A stretch of DNA of 64,000 nucleotides from Rhodosorus marinus CCMP1338 (lineage: Eukaryota; Plantae; Rhodophyta), in contig JAMWBK010000002.1 of the NCBI GenBank assembly GCA_029953675.1, positions 2,666,001-2,730,000 of the forward strand. The letters run 5' to 3'. Shown here in pieces: positions 37,560-50,595 of the stretch. Numbering within the stretch: position 1 is the stretch's first letter; every line of letters begins with the position of its first letter. Both the position numbers and the translations under genes were made by a program. The notes under the pieces were generated by a model. It made no database searches and was not told where the DNA came from. It saw only the letters and a program-made list of their open reading frames with translations.

Positions 37560-38200
37560 TTCCGAACCCTTCGGGTAAAGCCGAAGGTGGCTTGGGAGCT
37601 GCAAGACGTGCAATCCACCGGCGGTTGACATTTGGTCTTCTTCCTTTCTCTCTTTAGCGCGGAACGCATTATTCTGAATCGGTCATTCGATCTAGAACAG
37701 GCCAAGGCTTTTCCAGATGAACAGCGAAGTTTCGATTCCTCGTCTTGTTCATAGCATGCAGCAAGTCAAATCCACAGCGCTCCGGTAGATTTCGGACTGA
37801 ACGAAAGGCGAGAAAATGGTTCATGCACAGCAAGGCTTGCTAATTCATTCTTTGCACGAATTTTTGCGTAGGGACAGGTTTCAAGGTACCCCGTGATGCC
37901 AAACGCAGTGAGTCACAGAGCAACCAAACTAACCACCGTCCCCCAGCGCCAGGAAGAGGCCAACACAGCTCTGTTTTCTAGCTAGCTGCTCGCAATACAT
38001 GCGCGCTGGTTGCAACCCGACCACATCAGATCCCCCCAAGGAAGGATGATCAACTCCAAACCGATTTTTGTTTTTAAACATCGGCGAAGTCCTTCAGGAA
38101 GTTTCACAAGCTCAGTATGACTTCGTGTCTACGAAACTCACACATCGCCAAGTCCATGAAGCTTTCCTACCTGGCGATCCAACGCTAATCAGGGTTAAAG
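37560..38200 (+). mobile_element. Possible very decayed Ty3/gypsy integrase remnant
   Basis: Broken-frame pieces in plausible order: PKVAWE..., SNPQRSG..TER, YD....HRQ..FLPGDPTLIR. Many stops; weak similarity only. Confidence 0.2.
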
Positions 38201-40399
38201 CGGAATAGGATCCATTGTCGGCGACTGACTCTTCTTCGATAAACCCTGCCAGAATCCGGGCTCTCACGTCTGTTCCCTAATGATCGACAGCCAAAAGTAC
38301 CTTTTTACCCCTGAGAGACAGTAACGATGGTATCCTGGTCATACACTTGTCTGAGCCCCTTTCATCTAGCATAATGCGTTCTCCCCTTTCCCTGTCGCAA
38401 GCACACCTCAGCCCGGGTTTGTTGGTCTTCCAGTAACCCATAACTCGCTTGTGTCACGACCAGAAAGACGCCAGCGATCAAGCGATGTAATACAATCAAC
38501 AAGATATGTAGATCCACCCCGGGAAGCCGAAAGAGATTTTGAGCAATCTCATATTCGTGCTAGCCGATCTAAACCGAATCCTCAATACACGAATGATAAT
38601 CAATCTTCTCCTGGAATAAAAAAAAAGAGAGAACATCAAAAATCGTCTATTTTTTTCCGCAAGACTAGCAACGCAAGTATGTTACATCGATTCACTAAAA
38701 AAAATCGTTATTCTTTGTGCACAACCACATCCTCTTTTATAAGAACAAATAAACAAGATATCACTACACAAAGAAACGGAATTGAGTTGTCAATAAACTA
38801 GAACGACGATTTTCCCGCGTGTGGCGAGAACCCGTTCTCGCTTTTTTGAAAATAAAAAGCTAGACTGTGAAGTCCTCTGAATAACAAGGAAAAGACGCAC
38901 TCCAGCATATATGGTTAAACTTTTTGTTAATACGATTTATCCTCACATGAAAAACATGAATTTTACGAGCGTTTTGTTGGTTTTTGATTACTAATTTTCG
39001 TTTTTCGCGGATACTAGGGCAGGCTTATTTTGACTACATTCTCGACGTTTCCTGTTAATGTGTAGAATTGTGGAGACTAGTAAAACAAAAAAAGCCTCAA
39101 AGACTACTGGAGGTGGTGGAAATATCGTGCCTCCAGCATCGCGATGTTTAGAGTCGCGTCGTGGTAAGCCAAGATGGTGGAAAACAAGACAAAAAGATTG
39201 AACAAAAATGGATCCTGCCGATTTTGACGGGGCCCGAGCACCGCGTCATTGCGGAAATAGAAATTCTGGCGAGGAGACGCTCATCCCGATATGCAGAGGG
39301 CTCGGCACGCTGGTCGGCGTAATATGATATGAAAAATCTCCCGCAAAGAGCCCATGGGGAAGGCTGATTCCGGGTATATACCCAAGGTGTTCTCTGCACG
39401 GTTATGGCCGTCCTTTGTCATGCGCTGAGCATTGTTCCGTTTTCAGCTGATGGAGATTCGGCGTTTCTGTTGGGGGGATCCCCTTATCGGCGGTCTGAGA
39501 CCGTCTCTTGAATGATTTCCTTATTTTCTAAATAAAATTGATGTTGATCCGCGCGAGCCGAGGCCGCAGTTCTTTCCGCTTCAGCCTATCTGTCCTCTGA
39601 AGTCACGCCATCCTGCTGGAACGTAGTGTTGGGTAAAGATTAACAAGCACTTCAACGAATTCCATTCGCCACTCTCCTCCATTCTAATGAGCTATGCTTG
39701 CGCGTTTTAACCATGTATCTCGGCGGTGTCTTTGCAAAGAAATCTATTTGGTCCAATGAAATTGCGCTGGCGGGGATAACTTACTTGACGACTAACCGAA
39801 TTAAACGTTCGGTAGCGAATGGCAACTTTTCGCACCATCGCTGGGGACGTATTGGACAAGTTTGTAACCGGTGTGGAATTTAATAGAAAACACAATGGTC
39901 GGTTTAGAGAATTACGGCAGGATTTAAGACACAAGGCCGCACCACCCAATGGACAAGACTACGCCCCGATGGGTATTGAAAGGTAGTCATTTTCGCTTCC
40001 CTCTATCAAGGATAGTTTTGATGTGATCGCCTTGATTCAGCTGCGAGTTATTTAGAAAAACAGCGACTATTTTGAATATGTGCTTTAGGCGTGGTTGTAG
40101 TGGGAGGAGCTGGCTCAAGGGTTAGGATCACGAGAATACCTGAGAGGCAAGAACCGCTACACTACCGGCTGGCCTCAAAGGAGAGAAGCTGTTGCAAGCA
40201 AATCTGTTCTCAAAAATACAACACTAAAACGTGCCTCTCAAAAGTTTCAGAGCAATGACACACAACTTGCATTCTAGACTTTTCAATGATTGTGGCATCA
40301 TTCAATCCGATAAAGATGCCCGTATGACTTTACCTATCCGGAAGCGACACCCAGCATATCCCGTCATTCTGTAGTCCTCGTCACGGACTAGGGAGTGCC

Positions 40400-41100
40400 C
40401 CCTCCCAGCTCAATAAAGCTCAAAGCTAGAAAAACCTCCGGACGAGGCACTTGTACCTCTGAGGAGAGGCACCGGCATTGAGACTGCCTCGTGCATGGAG
40501 GGATCCCAGTTCCACGGCGACTGCAACTCTCCATTCCTCCGCGTACGGGTCGCCCAATTGTGGCTCTGTGAGGAGGCTGTCAAGACGACCGGGGCATGCG
40601 AACAACACGACGAAGCCAGGGAGAAGCAGCACTGTCTCAAAAACCATAGCACTGGATAATCAGCAGCACAAGGGCAGATGAGACAGCGCCGAGTCCCGAA
40701 AGGTTGGATGAGCCATCGCGTCAGCGCACTGAGACTCCTTCAGCCGTCCGGTTGAACCAGAGGAGCACCACAACGTTGTGCAGACTTGGACGAGATTGCT
40801 CAGCCTGAGGACTAGGAATAGACAATTCAAGATACTCACTCCCGCGAGCAGGCAGGTCAGTGACCACCAACTCCGCCACACGCTGGATAACAAGTGTCTA
40901 ATCATCAGCATCAAGGGGCCGGAGCTACGGGAATTGTTTTCCTGCCAATTCGAGTTCAAAAAGGTTGACTTGCACTACTTTCCTTCTTCTTTTTTTTCCT
41001 TCAGGAGTCTGGGGCCAGTCTTTGGACCAATATCAGAGAGAAGAGAGAAGAAGTTTCTCACCGAAAATCCTGGACGGAATAGCCATCGTCTGCAAGCGTC
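40400..41100 (-). mobile_element. Decayed 3' part of a CRE-clade non-LTR retrotransposon (Cys/His knuckle and RLE region)
   Basis: LFLVLRLSNL (cf. F..LLRLRLG), DSALSHLPLCC (cf. D..GDH...C), PGRLDSLL (cf. RPADIL) and VAVAV...SLH in the expected order. Confidence 0.4.
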
Positions 41101-41539
41101 TGGGATGTGTACAATGCCGCTGATTCGTCCTCGCAGGGGGCCGCGGTCAATATCATTATAGCCGGTTCTTTGGAATAACCAAACTTCGTATTTAACGGCG
41201 CCAAGCATCGCTTGATGGTGATGGTCGCATCCAAGAAATGCTGCTTTTCTCGGCCATCAACACTCTGTCCCTCGAAAACAAGAATTCCGAGAATCGTGGT
41301 TCACATGGACTCTTTTATGTACTGCGACCTAGCCGTGAGCAAGAAAGTGGGACGATTTAAGAGGCACCTTCAGATTTGCTCTGATTACCTGAGTGCAGAA
41401 TCCTCTCCACGAGCAGATCCGCTTCTGCTCCTGAGTCTGTTCGTTTATCATCATCATCCGTTTATTCAGAGCCTAACTACCCCGAGAAGCGATAAAAAAG
41501 ACGCTGATGACGCGCGTCCAACAATAAAGCAGCGTTTGA

Positions 41540-42900
41540 ACGCCAGAGACTCAATCTCACGATGCACAGGGGAGTACAACAAGGAGAACCATTGGGTCCG
41601 ATCCTGCACGCGCTAGCTCTGTTTCCTGTTCTTGATCACCTCGGAGGCAGTTCCCCGAATTCACTGTACTGCCGTTTCATGACGACACCTCACTCCTGGC
41701 CCCCGATCAACAACTGTTCTCGGTTCTCAATGGAACCACGACCACCTGCAACGGATTGGGGCGAAACTACAACCCGAAAAGTGTACCGTCTCGCACCACC
41801 CGGCGGTTAACGTCGAACTAAACTAACAAAACGAATCTTGCTGGACTTACCGGACAACGGAGGGATTGTACATTCACGGCGTTCCTATCGGCACCTCGAA
41901 CAACGTTTTGCAGCAGACTCGGCGGCTCCTGCTTGAACACGAACGGCTGGTTGAAGGTATCATCCGCCTACCATCAGATTCCTTACCTCAGCAGCTCTGT
42001 CAGTTCCGGTATTGCGCGAGTGACCACTTGACGTATCTTCTCCGAGTTGTGGATGCTGCCGCCGGGGCAGTGTCGGCGCGAGAGGTGGACGCGTGTTCTC
42101 CTCAGGCGTTCAACCGTCTTCGCGGCCCACTTCATGACCACCGCTCCTGTCCGCTGGCCATGCCAACGTGGTTCTGTCGCAGATACGACTCCATTGCCGC
42201 TGGGGTTGCCTGGGATTTTCCTCGGAGGCGTCAATACAACCAGCTGCCGCCGTCGACTCCTGGCTGAAACTGTTCCGAGGCCCGCTCACAGGTTTTCCGC
42301 TACGGTTCCAATGCAACAACCACTCACGAGACCCAGCTGCCGCCTCTACGCCTGCCAGTAGCCTGATCCCACTCGCTGACGAGATCCGGACCCTGTTGAG
42401 CACCATCTCCGGGAAGTTACCAGCAGGTTGTTCCCCTACGATCGCCCGGGCCGCCCAATAGGACGGGATGATCCGGACCCTGTTGAGCACAATCTCGAGA
42501 AGCTACCAGCAGATTGATCCGGACCCTGTCGAGCACTATCTCGAGAAGCTACCAGCAGATTGTTCCCCCTACGGTCACCCATGCCGCCGACTGGGACGGA
42601 CTCCTCAACCCGAGCCAAGTGCGAGTGGCTGTGCCGTGAGCTCCACTACAAGGACAAACTCCCAAGGTTTCTAGCCCATGTGCAAAAGCGCCTTCTCCAA
42701 CGCAGTACATCGATCGGCGTACCTTGCCATAGTCGACGAGCCGACGGTCTCAGTCCAAGCGAGAGCACGTCTTCGTTCAGCCGCGGGTGTAACGGCACCT
42801 GGCTTCGTGACATTCCAGCTGCCCGCACAACCTTTGTCAAACCGGTAGTAGCTCATCGCAAACATTCGACAACTCCTCGGAGTACCGCTCACTGATCAAC
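41540..42900 (+). mobile_element. Decayed CRE/SLACS/Cnl1-clade non-LTR retrotransposon reverse transcriptase
   Basis: GVQQGEPLGPILHALAL (RT4), frameshifted FHDDTSLL (YxDD), GL..NPK, HGVPIG, RYCASDHLTYLLRVV, QIRLHCRWGCLG and GTWLRDIP, in order, with several frameshifts. Confidence 0.8.
42383..42571. repeat. Three-copy 46-nt core repeat inside the retroelement
   Basis: GATCCGGACCCTGT(T/C)GAGCAC.ATCTC..GAAG.TACCAGCAG at 42383, 42470 and 42516. Confidence 0.92.
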
Positions 42901-42979
42901 CGTCGTCTGCACCCTGCCTTTCCTGCCAAGCCACCAAATTTTTTTTCTACGGTTATCAGCTGCTTCACCGCTGCCCCCT

Positions 42980-43500
42980 TTCTACGCGAACGCGCATTCA
43001 CCGACAGCTTGTGAAGACCATAGCTCGACTACTAAGAGAATGGGGTTAGGAGGACGTTGTAGTGGAACGAGGACCCATGAATGAGGAACTGCCTCATCGA
43101 GCACCAGATATCCGGGTGGAGCACCCTCGGACGACCGGACGCTATTCTTCAATGTCGTAGTCAAGAGCCCGTTTAAGACACAGCACCTGCGACGTACAGC
43201 TAGCCGTACTGGTTGTGCTGCGAGCAGTACCGCCCAGCTCAAAATCAACAAATACCGACCCACCGTTGCAGACCCAGAGGACTTTTTCCCGATGGCTTTC
43301 GAAACATACAGACGACTTGCAGTTAACAACCGCAAGCAAATCATAGCAGGAACTCCAGTGGTAGCTGACACTCCTATTGTTCCCGCTAAAGGGTGGGGCA
43401 CGTTGTTCACGAGACTTGAACTCCTATATATCGTCTCTATTTCTCACCCGTCCAGCCAAGTAGTCGAAGGCTTCCGCTCTGAATAGGCTGACCTGTGGCA
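42980..43500 (-). mobile_element. Second decayed CRE-like 3' fragment
   Basis: CKSSVCFESHREKVLWVCNGG (cf. C...D..G.H..VC..GG), then RALDYDIEE and LLVVELW; frames broken. Confidence 0.3.
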
Positions 43501-45458
43501 ACTTCCGCGACATGGGGATCCTCGTTGTCAACGGTTATGTAGAGAAACCTCCTGCTCTCCCAGGCCCTTGCTCAGGTCAACAGGAACTATGTCGACTCGC
43601 TAGTTAACTCTCACTTCTTTCGCCAGTCTGAATCCAGAAAAGAGAACCACGAATGTCCGGGACACAGACATCTAGTTTCGCGAAGCTAATCCGGCAATCT
43701 TCCCTCCCCAACACATCAGTCCTTCCCGAAATCCTCATTCTATTTGCTGCCCGTACAGTTTTTTACTTGTTCCACTCAAAAAACCAAGCCATATGAATCC
43801 TCTCCCTCACCGGAGCCTGGGTACACATCAAAGACCATTAACCGTATGTCCCAGCCGCAAATCCCTACCAACCATCTATCCAAGAGTGTCCCTCTAACCA
43901 CCTACGTGTATTACCAAACGATCCATCCGAAAATAGAAAAATTTGAAAACTTTCAATTCCGTTTCTTCATTGCCGAATCAATTAAACTCCACGAGTCTCC
44001 ACGATTTCGGTAGTGTGCACTTTGGATGGCTGAACTGCTAAAAATAGTGTTTTTAATATTCAATCAAAATATTTGGGATTTTTGGGGGTTTTGAGGATTC
44101 TTCTATTGTTTTTGACTGAACGGCGTTCTGGAGCGAACCATCGGATGAAAACAGCTCGCAGAGCCCAGGCGGTGGCAATGAATTGCCCAGACGTTGTTGT
44201 TTAGGTGGTAGGCGCGATGCCTATCGTCGGGGCCTGGTATTCTTACCCTCTGCTTCCATCCGTCACAGGTAACCCCTTCTCTCGGCTGCGTATCATCTTA
44301 ACTCCCGGAGAACACCACATGCACACCCAGTCATCGCACCTTTACCCTTACAAGTACTAAAATAGGCAGCGTTAGAAAGAATTTTCATCACCTACAGGGA
44401 TCAACCAACTAACCCCAGTAAGGTACCCGGTTAGGCATAAAGGGCTTGCTGGCTGCTTGGAATGGATTTGCAGGGTTGAAAACATGTGTTTTGAAGCGCG
44501 CAATTAGGCGCTGGCGCTTAATGCGGGGATAAGGGACATTTATGCATGATCCGATATCTGGGAATTTTGACTGGGCCTTGTTTCCATTGTCCGCCATCGC
44601 AAAATTAGTGTGGGGGTTTCAGAGTTTCTCAAGGCCGATTATGTGTGCGCTTGAGCGCCAAGCTAGTACTGCAAAAGAGCGAATCTGTGTGAAGCCTGAG
44701 GGAGGAATTCTTCTTCCTTTTTTTCTTGTGTTACTCTATCGAGTAACTAATGCCACAATCCGCCAAAGTCTGTCCAAATCATGCGTCTAATGTTTATGGG
44801 CTGCGTTCGTAGGAGCTTTTCATGACTTGTGGCACTGAGAAAGATCTGTAAACCGCGCCAAACCCGTGCTTTATCATTCCGCTTCATGGAAAAACCCAGT
44901 CACGGATTCATCACAGCGCCAAATGGACTTGGCTGGAGCTCCTTAATCTGCCTCACGAAGCACAGCACCCCTTGGTGCCCTTCCACCGCGTGCCTGTACC
45001 ACACCAGGTTCCGAATCCACAAAGCTCTCGCGAATCAATTATTGTCAAAAGCCACGAACGACACCTTCCATCCATTCCATCAATATCCGCTTCAGTCCTG
45101 TCCCCTGTTCTCACCAATAACGGACCATCATTATTGAGAATAAACACAACCACACCCTCTTCCAGTTGTTCTCCTCCCTCCAATCCCAAGTCCTTATCCC
45201 AAAGCCTAACAGTAACGCCATCCTACCCCAGCGTACACTCCCGACACTGTCGGATCGCTCTCAGATTCCGAAATAAATATTTCACAAAATAATTCAAGGA
45301 GATGAATTCTGTTCATCTATTCCTTAAAAAACGTAGAACTTTCTTAGTTTCTAAGTAGATCATCGTATTTTTTAGTATCTAACAGGAAATCATGATTAGC
45401 GCTGGGAAATTGAAAAATGGTATTAATTGGATGAAGAGAAGGATTCGTATTGGATTTG

Positions 45459-46624
45459 ATGGGAATGAGGAGTTGGCAAAGTGGGATTGACAGCGTTTGG
45501 GGGAGGCGGGGTGCGGGTGTGAGGGGGATTAGATCGATGCGACTTGGAACCTTGAGGGGGACAGAGTAAGGGCATAAAATATGGGAGCATTCTGTGTACC
45601 AATTGTAGTAGATGAGGATCATGTTCCTGGATCCGAGGGGTTTTCGAAAGGTGGACGGCATTGGGGTCGGAATCGGCTGTCAAGGATGCAGCTGAACAGA
45701 AGCCGGCCGACGGGATCGGAGAAAGCTGCGTCGCTGGTTGTGGATAAGATCCTGGAAATGAGGAGCTATGAGAGGCTTATTATTGGAATTGTGGGAGCGC
45801 CTGGATCCGGGAAGACAACAACCGCGAGGGATATCAAGAAACGGCTTCAAAGGAAAGGTCTAAAGTGCGTGCCGCTCCCGATGGATGGATTCCATTTCTA
45901 TAGAAACCAACTAGATCTTTTCGAGAATCCTGTTGAGGCACATAAGAGACGTGGTGCTCCCTTTACATTTGATGCTGAACGGTGAGGAACTGTTCCACAG
46001 GGTTTTTTTTTTTTTTGAGCGCATCGTGCTTTGCGTTCGTCTTTGTCGTCTTTCTGAACGTGTACACTCCGCTTAGGTTCATATCGGTTCTTTCCAAAAT
46101 ACGACGGGCGAAAGGACCTGTTCTGGCTCCCGACTTTAACCACAGGAAGAAAGATCCTCGAGAAGATGCCATCTGCATTGACGAGCAAGCTGAGGTATAG
46201 TCTGGGCTGCCGAAGAGATTACAAGAACTTTTCGCACACCCTAATCATATTCCTCTGCTAAGGTGGTCATTGTGGAGGGTAACTATTTGCTCTTGGAAGA
46301 GCATCCTTGGAGCAACGTACGCCCTCTTCTTGACGCTTCGATTTTTCTTGACGTTGATCTCGAAACTTCGATGCAGAGGGTAGTGAACAGGCACGTTGAA
46401 CAACTAGGTTCGCCCCGCAATCATGTCAAAAACCCCTCCTTAAGATTCTTACTGCAGCTCTGAATTCGGTGCTGTCAGGGCTGACGAGGGAAGATGCTCT
46501 GATGAGGGTGAACTCGAACGATCGTCCTAATGCTGTCCTAATTCAAAATAGCGTTTCCAGAGCGGACTTCATCATCAAGGGAAAACGAATCTTTGAAAAC
46601 AAATTCGATAAGGGAAACTGTTGA
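45459..46624 (+). CDS. YFH7-like P-loop kinase (uridine kinase/phosphoribulokinase/pantothenate kinase superfamily), multi-exon
   Basis: IIGIVGAPGSGKTT, PMDGFHFYR..LD.FE....AHKRRGAPFTFDA, PDFNHRKKDP.ED.I, VIVEGNYLLL, W..V, RV.SNDRPNA; N-terminal extension resembles a transit peptide. Start approximate. Confidence 0.88.
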
Positions 46625-49600
46625 ACCGGGAACCTCCCAGTCCCTCGATTATCCGCATAACAAGGGCACGGTCTGCAGAAACCCACGAGGCAGATCCTTG
46701 TGGCGTGGTAGATCTTGGTGTATGATTTAGCGCGTATGGAAGCTGTCTTCCACTAGCCAAAGTATAATTATCTAATATGGAAAGGACTCGTTCATGAAGC
46801 TTGTCCTATGCTAGCCATGGCAATTTCTTAAGCCTGGGAAAAAGTGTGGGAGATTGGGAAGCAAGCATTGACGCGGAAGGATGCCTAATTGCGATTGCTA
46901 GCTCATCTGCATGAGGTGCAGGGACGTAAAGCTGAACGTCACAACTTTCACAGCTTTTACGACGTCAACAGGAAAGTTGCAGTGCATATGTAGGTATGAC
47001 GTGTCAAGGGGAGCGACGGGGACGCGTTTGAATGGCTGGGGTCCAAAGATTCAAAACCAGCAGTGCTCTACGCTGAACACCTGAATACATATTGAAATAC
47101 CTACTTCAGACTCTGATAAGGTGTTATAGAATGAGTCCTGAAGCCTACGGCGAGGATCCCAAAGTTGAAGTGCGAGATTTCTACGCGGAGCTTTCTATAA
47201 GCGCCGGGATGGACTTCTGGGAGTGTGTTCTAGTTGTACTTAAAGAGCAAAACCGACCCTGACATACATGGGAGGTAGCACCGATACCTCGAGGCTCGGT
47301 TTGTTCGCCGCACAGTCGAGATGGAGACGCAACTTACTCCGCTGGTGTGCTTTGGCTGACTGGTCATAACCTGTTTGATGTCAGCATCACACTCCAACTG
47401 CACTAAAGACGTTTCTCTGTTATTGGTTCTGACTTTTCGAGCTGGTCTGGGTCTAGGGCTGCGCGCTCTTCTTTGTTTATCCTGTGGACCGAGCAGTGCA
47501 CGCCTCCAGACGCCAGACCAGATCCAAAACCCAGCAGCCTAGCGCTGTGAGATTCAGAAAAGTCGGCAAATTAAATCATTTGATACCCACCCACACCTAT
47601 GCTTCTCATCCCAAGTATCCCAAGTCAACGCTAATCTTGTGCGATGTGTCGGGTTGGAGATCACTACCTCAAAGACTGGGAGATCAGGTTCGTGGTGCTT
47701 TCGCTGAGCCTTTCCAACAAAGTGAAAGCAGGTCGTGGTTGCCTCTGCAGCGTTTGCGAAGCTTGTTCGACCCTGGGATCGCTTGTCTAGGCACGGAAGT
47801 GGGACTATCCAACAAACCACCCCCCCCCCGGTACGTGGTAGATCCCCCCGGGATCTACCACGTACATATTATGCGTTTTTGGGTAGTCTCAACTATATGA
47901 ATAGAGAAGGACATACGAACGACCAGAAACATCAGCCATACGTTATCTATCCGTATGTAAATCGGAAAATATTTTGTTCGCGTGAAATACCTCTTTGAGA
48001 AAGGACAGCCTGTCAACGGAACCCTCGATGGCTGTCGTTGGGATGAATGACTAAGAGAGCTACTCAGTACGCCTCCTCCGTTGGAACCGTTAAACGATCA
48101 CCGCCGGAGATCCGCGCCTTTGCGCGACAATTTGGAGGGAGTTTATCGCACAGATCAGGGATGAGTATGTAGTCCGGAGGAGAGGTGGAAGTTTTTCTGA
48201 CGACAAGGGTGGGGAGTCCGGGGCGATATTTTACGACCTTCAGCGATCCCACACTTGCACACAAGATCGCTGATGCCAGTCTCTCGCACCGATCACATAC
48301 GTGAACGTCCGCGGGGGACGAGACGTTTGCCTTTCGACGGATTTCGCGGGGGGCAAAACCCACATGACGTAACCTCCACTCGTCACAGATACCAAACAGC
48401 CAAACAGGTTCCTGTTCGCACATAATATATAGATTCCACCAACCAACCTATGTCGGCAGGCACCCTCACTTCCGCCTTCGCGCCTGGCGACGTCGAGGAC
48501 CAGAGCTTCCCGATTAGAAATATCCGGAAAAAAGCCTCGTTTCTCACAATAAATTGAATTTCCCGCCTAAAATTCAATAATTATAGGCGGGTAATTCCCC
48601 GATCGCAGCCGACACACTTTCCTGAAGTAGTCCGACAACGACAAAACTAGCCCCTGAATAACTGCAAGAAAACAACTTCCGAATCAGCAGATGTACTTCT
48701 ACCCCCCCTACCGGGATATCAACCTCATCTCTATCTTGACTGACCTCAATCAAGTTGTTTTCTGCTCCTCCGGCACCATCCGGTGACGGGCTTCATTTTC
48801 CTCCTATTTGAAGGGTTTCCGAATGCGCTTCACCCACCTATCAGATATTACAAAATTCAAATATTTCCTAACACCCTCCCCCTCTCCGCCGGGGGCACGA
48901 GAAAAAATGCCCGGCTGACCGCGCTCGAGGGTTTTCGTCAACGGGGTCCACTGATTGAATATATCTAACGGACTTGCTTCCAAATTACATTCAAAATTTA
49001 AATTTGGTTTGTGAAGGGGGGTACGCAGTAACAACGCCATTTATCTCGTGTCCGGTACTTTTTCCATACTGGACAGCAAAAGAAAATAGAAATTTCGTCA
49101 ACCCTAGCTTCTTTCTTCCCTACCCTTTGCTCGAAGGTACAAAAGCAAATATACAATCATGTAGATATTTTTGACCCCCTATTGTTTTTATGACTTCGCA
49201 CCATTTTTTCCGTCCCTCGCTAAGTCCCCCGCACAACCCCCCCGGGATTTTCTGTTAACTTTACTATTTGCGTTTCTCAGGCAACCGCATCCACAAGTTT
49301 CAATTCTTGCAATTCTTCTTCCACCAATCACAAAGCAACAACCCTAGCAAAACAAAACTGATTGAATCAGTCCACGATGGACTCCGTGTCTAATCACAAC
49401 CCTACATCTTAGCGGGGACTTAATGGTTAGCTCAATCCAGAAACGCATGCCGAAACCCCCCCCCTCAACTTCTACCAAAAAATCGAGTTTCATTGACTGA
49501 ATGTAGTCATTTTTCACAATCTCGTCTGTTTTGAGGTGTTATCGAATCTTTTCTGCGATTGAGACGGCGGTCGAGCGGTTTAAGCTGCGATGGGGGTTTT

Positions 49601-49765
49601 TGAGGGTTTGGGAAGAGTACAAGCTGGCGCGTATAATATGATGTGGATGTGTAGGAAGCTGTCGGGGGTAGCGGCGGGGTTAGCTGGTTGATCCCTGTAG
49701 GTTGTGAAAGTTCTTTCTCAGGCTGCCTAATTTAGTAGTTGTAAGGGTAAATAGTTGAAGGTGCG

Positions 49766-50370
49766 ATGATTGGGTTTGTAGGTGGTGTTGCTCCGGGAGT
49801 TAAGCCCGACACGCAACCGAGAGAAGGAGTGACCTGTGACGGATGGAAGAAGAGGGTAAGAATACCAGGCTCCGACGAGAGGCATCGAAGCCTACCTACG
49901 AGCTAGACCTGAGGGTTTTCATGACCAGTGTAAATATGAGATCGCTGACGATCGGGTTCCTCTTCGTTGATTTTTTCCGTAAATAGGCCAAGTGGAAGCA
50001 GGGCAAGGATTCCGGCGCTACTATGCCAGGAACTTTGCCAAGTGATATCCCCACTCTTCAAGCTGGCGCCGGAGCCGGAGCCGGACCCGCGAGCGTGAGC
50101 ACCTATTCACCAGGACGTACCGCAGCAGCCCCCTCTGCGCCGATGGACTACGGCCGTGCCCCTCCCATGGGCGGCAACGTAACCAGCGGCAAGAGCGAAG
50201 TCCCCCTGTTTGAGCTGTGGAAGGGTGTCAGCGAGGAGATCATCGAGAAGATGAAGGCCGTCAAGATGGAATCTGACAGATCGGTTGTTCAGCAGCATGA
50301 GGAAGACATCAGCTACCTGAATACCGTAAAAAACAAGGCGGCCTCGAAATTAGACAGCGCTGCCAGGTAG
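49766..50370 (+). CDS. Small uncharacterised, probably plastid-targeted helical protein, paralogue A (157 aa, 2 exons)
   Basis: Exon 1 49766-49855 (MIGFVGGVAPG...TCDGWKKR), intron 49856-49986 (GTAAG..AATAG), exon 2 AKWKQGKDSGATMPG...ELWKGVSEEIIEKMK...KLDSAAR*. The splice is supported by the uninterrupted paralogue B sequence. Confidence 0.85.
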
Positions 50371-50595
50371 TCAGCGACCCGTTGACTGTCGTGAAGGCGA
50401 ACTCTTCGAATAAAATTCCGTTTACCAATTATCTAACCGTTCCTTAATCGATGAAGAGTAGGTCACCCCGGGGGATGACCTAAGGCCTTGCAAACTGAAT
50501 ATCTCCGGCAGGTGCTCAGTCGCTTGTCGCAAAGGGCGCTGAGGCCTCAAGCCTAAGAATCTCTTTTGGTCGTTTCTCGCCGTTCACTCTATTTC

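Noticed and set aside
37496-37705. CTSC...RR...KTCN, a GATA-like zinc finger on the minus strand
   Set aside because: Spacing is 22 aa rather than 17-20, the terminal CxxC is missing, and there is no ATG or gene context.
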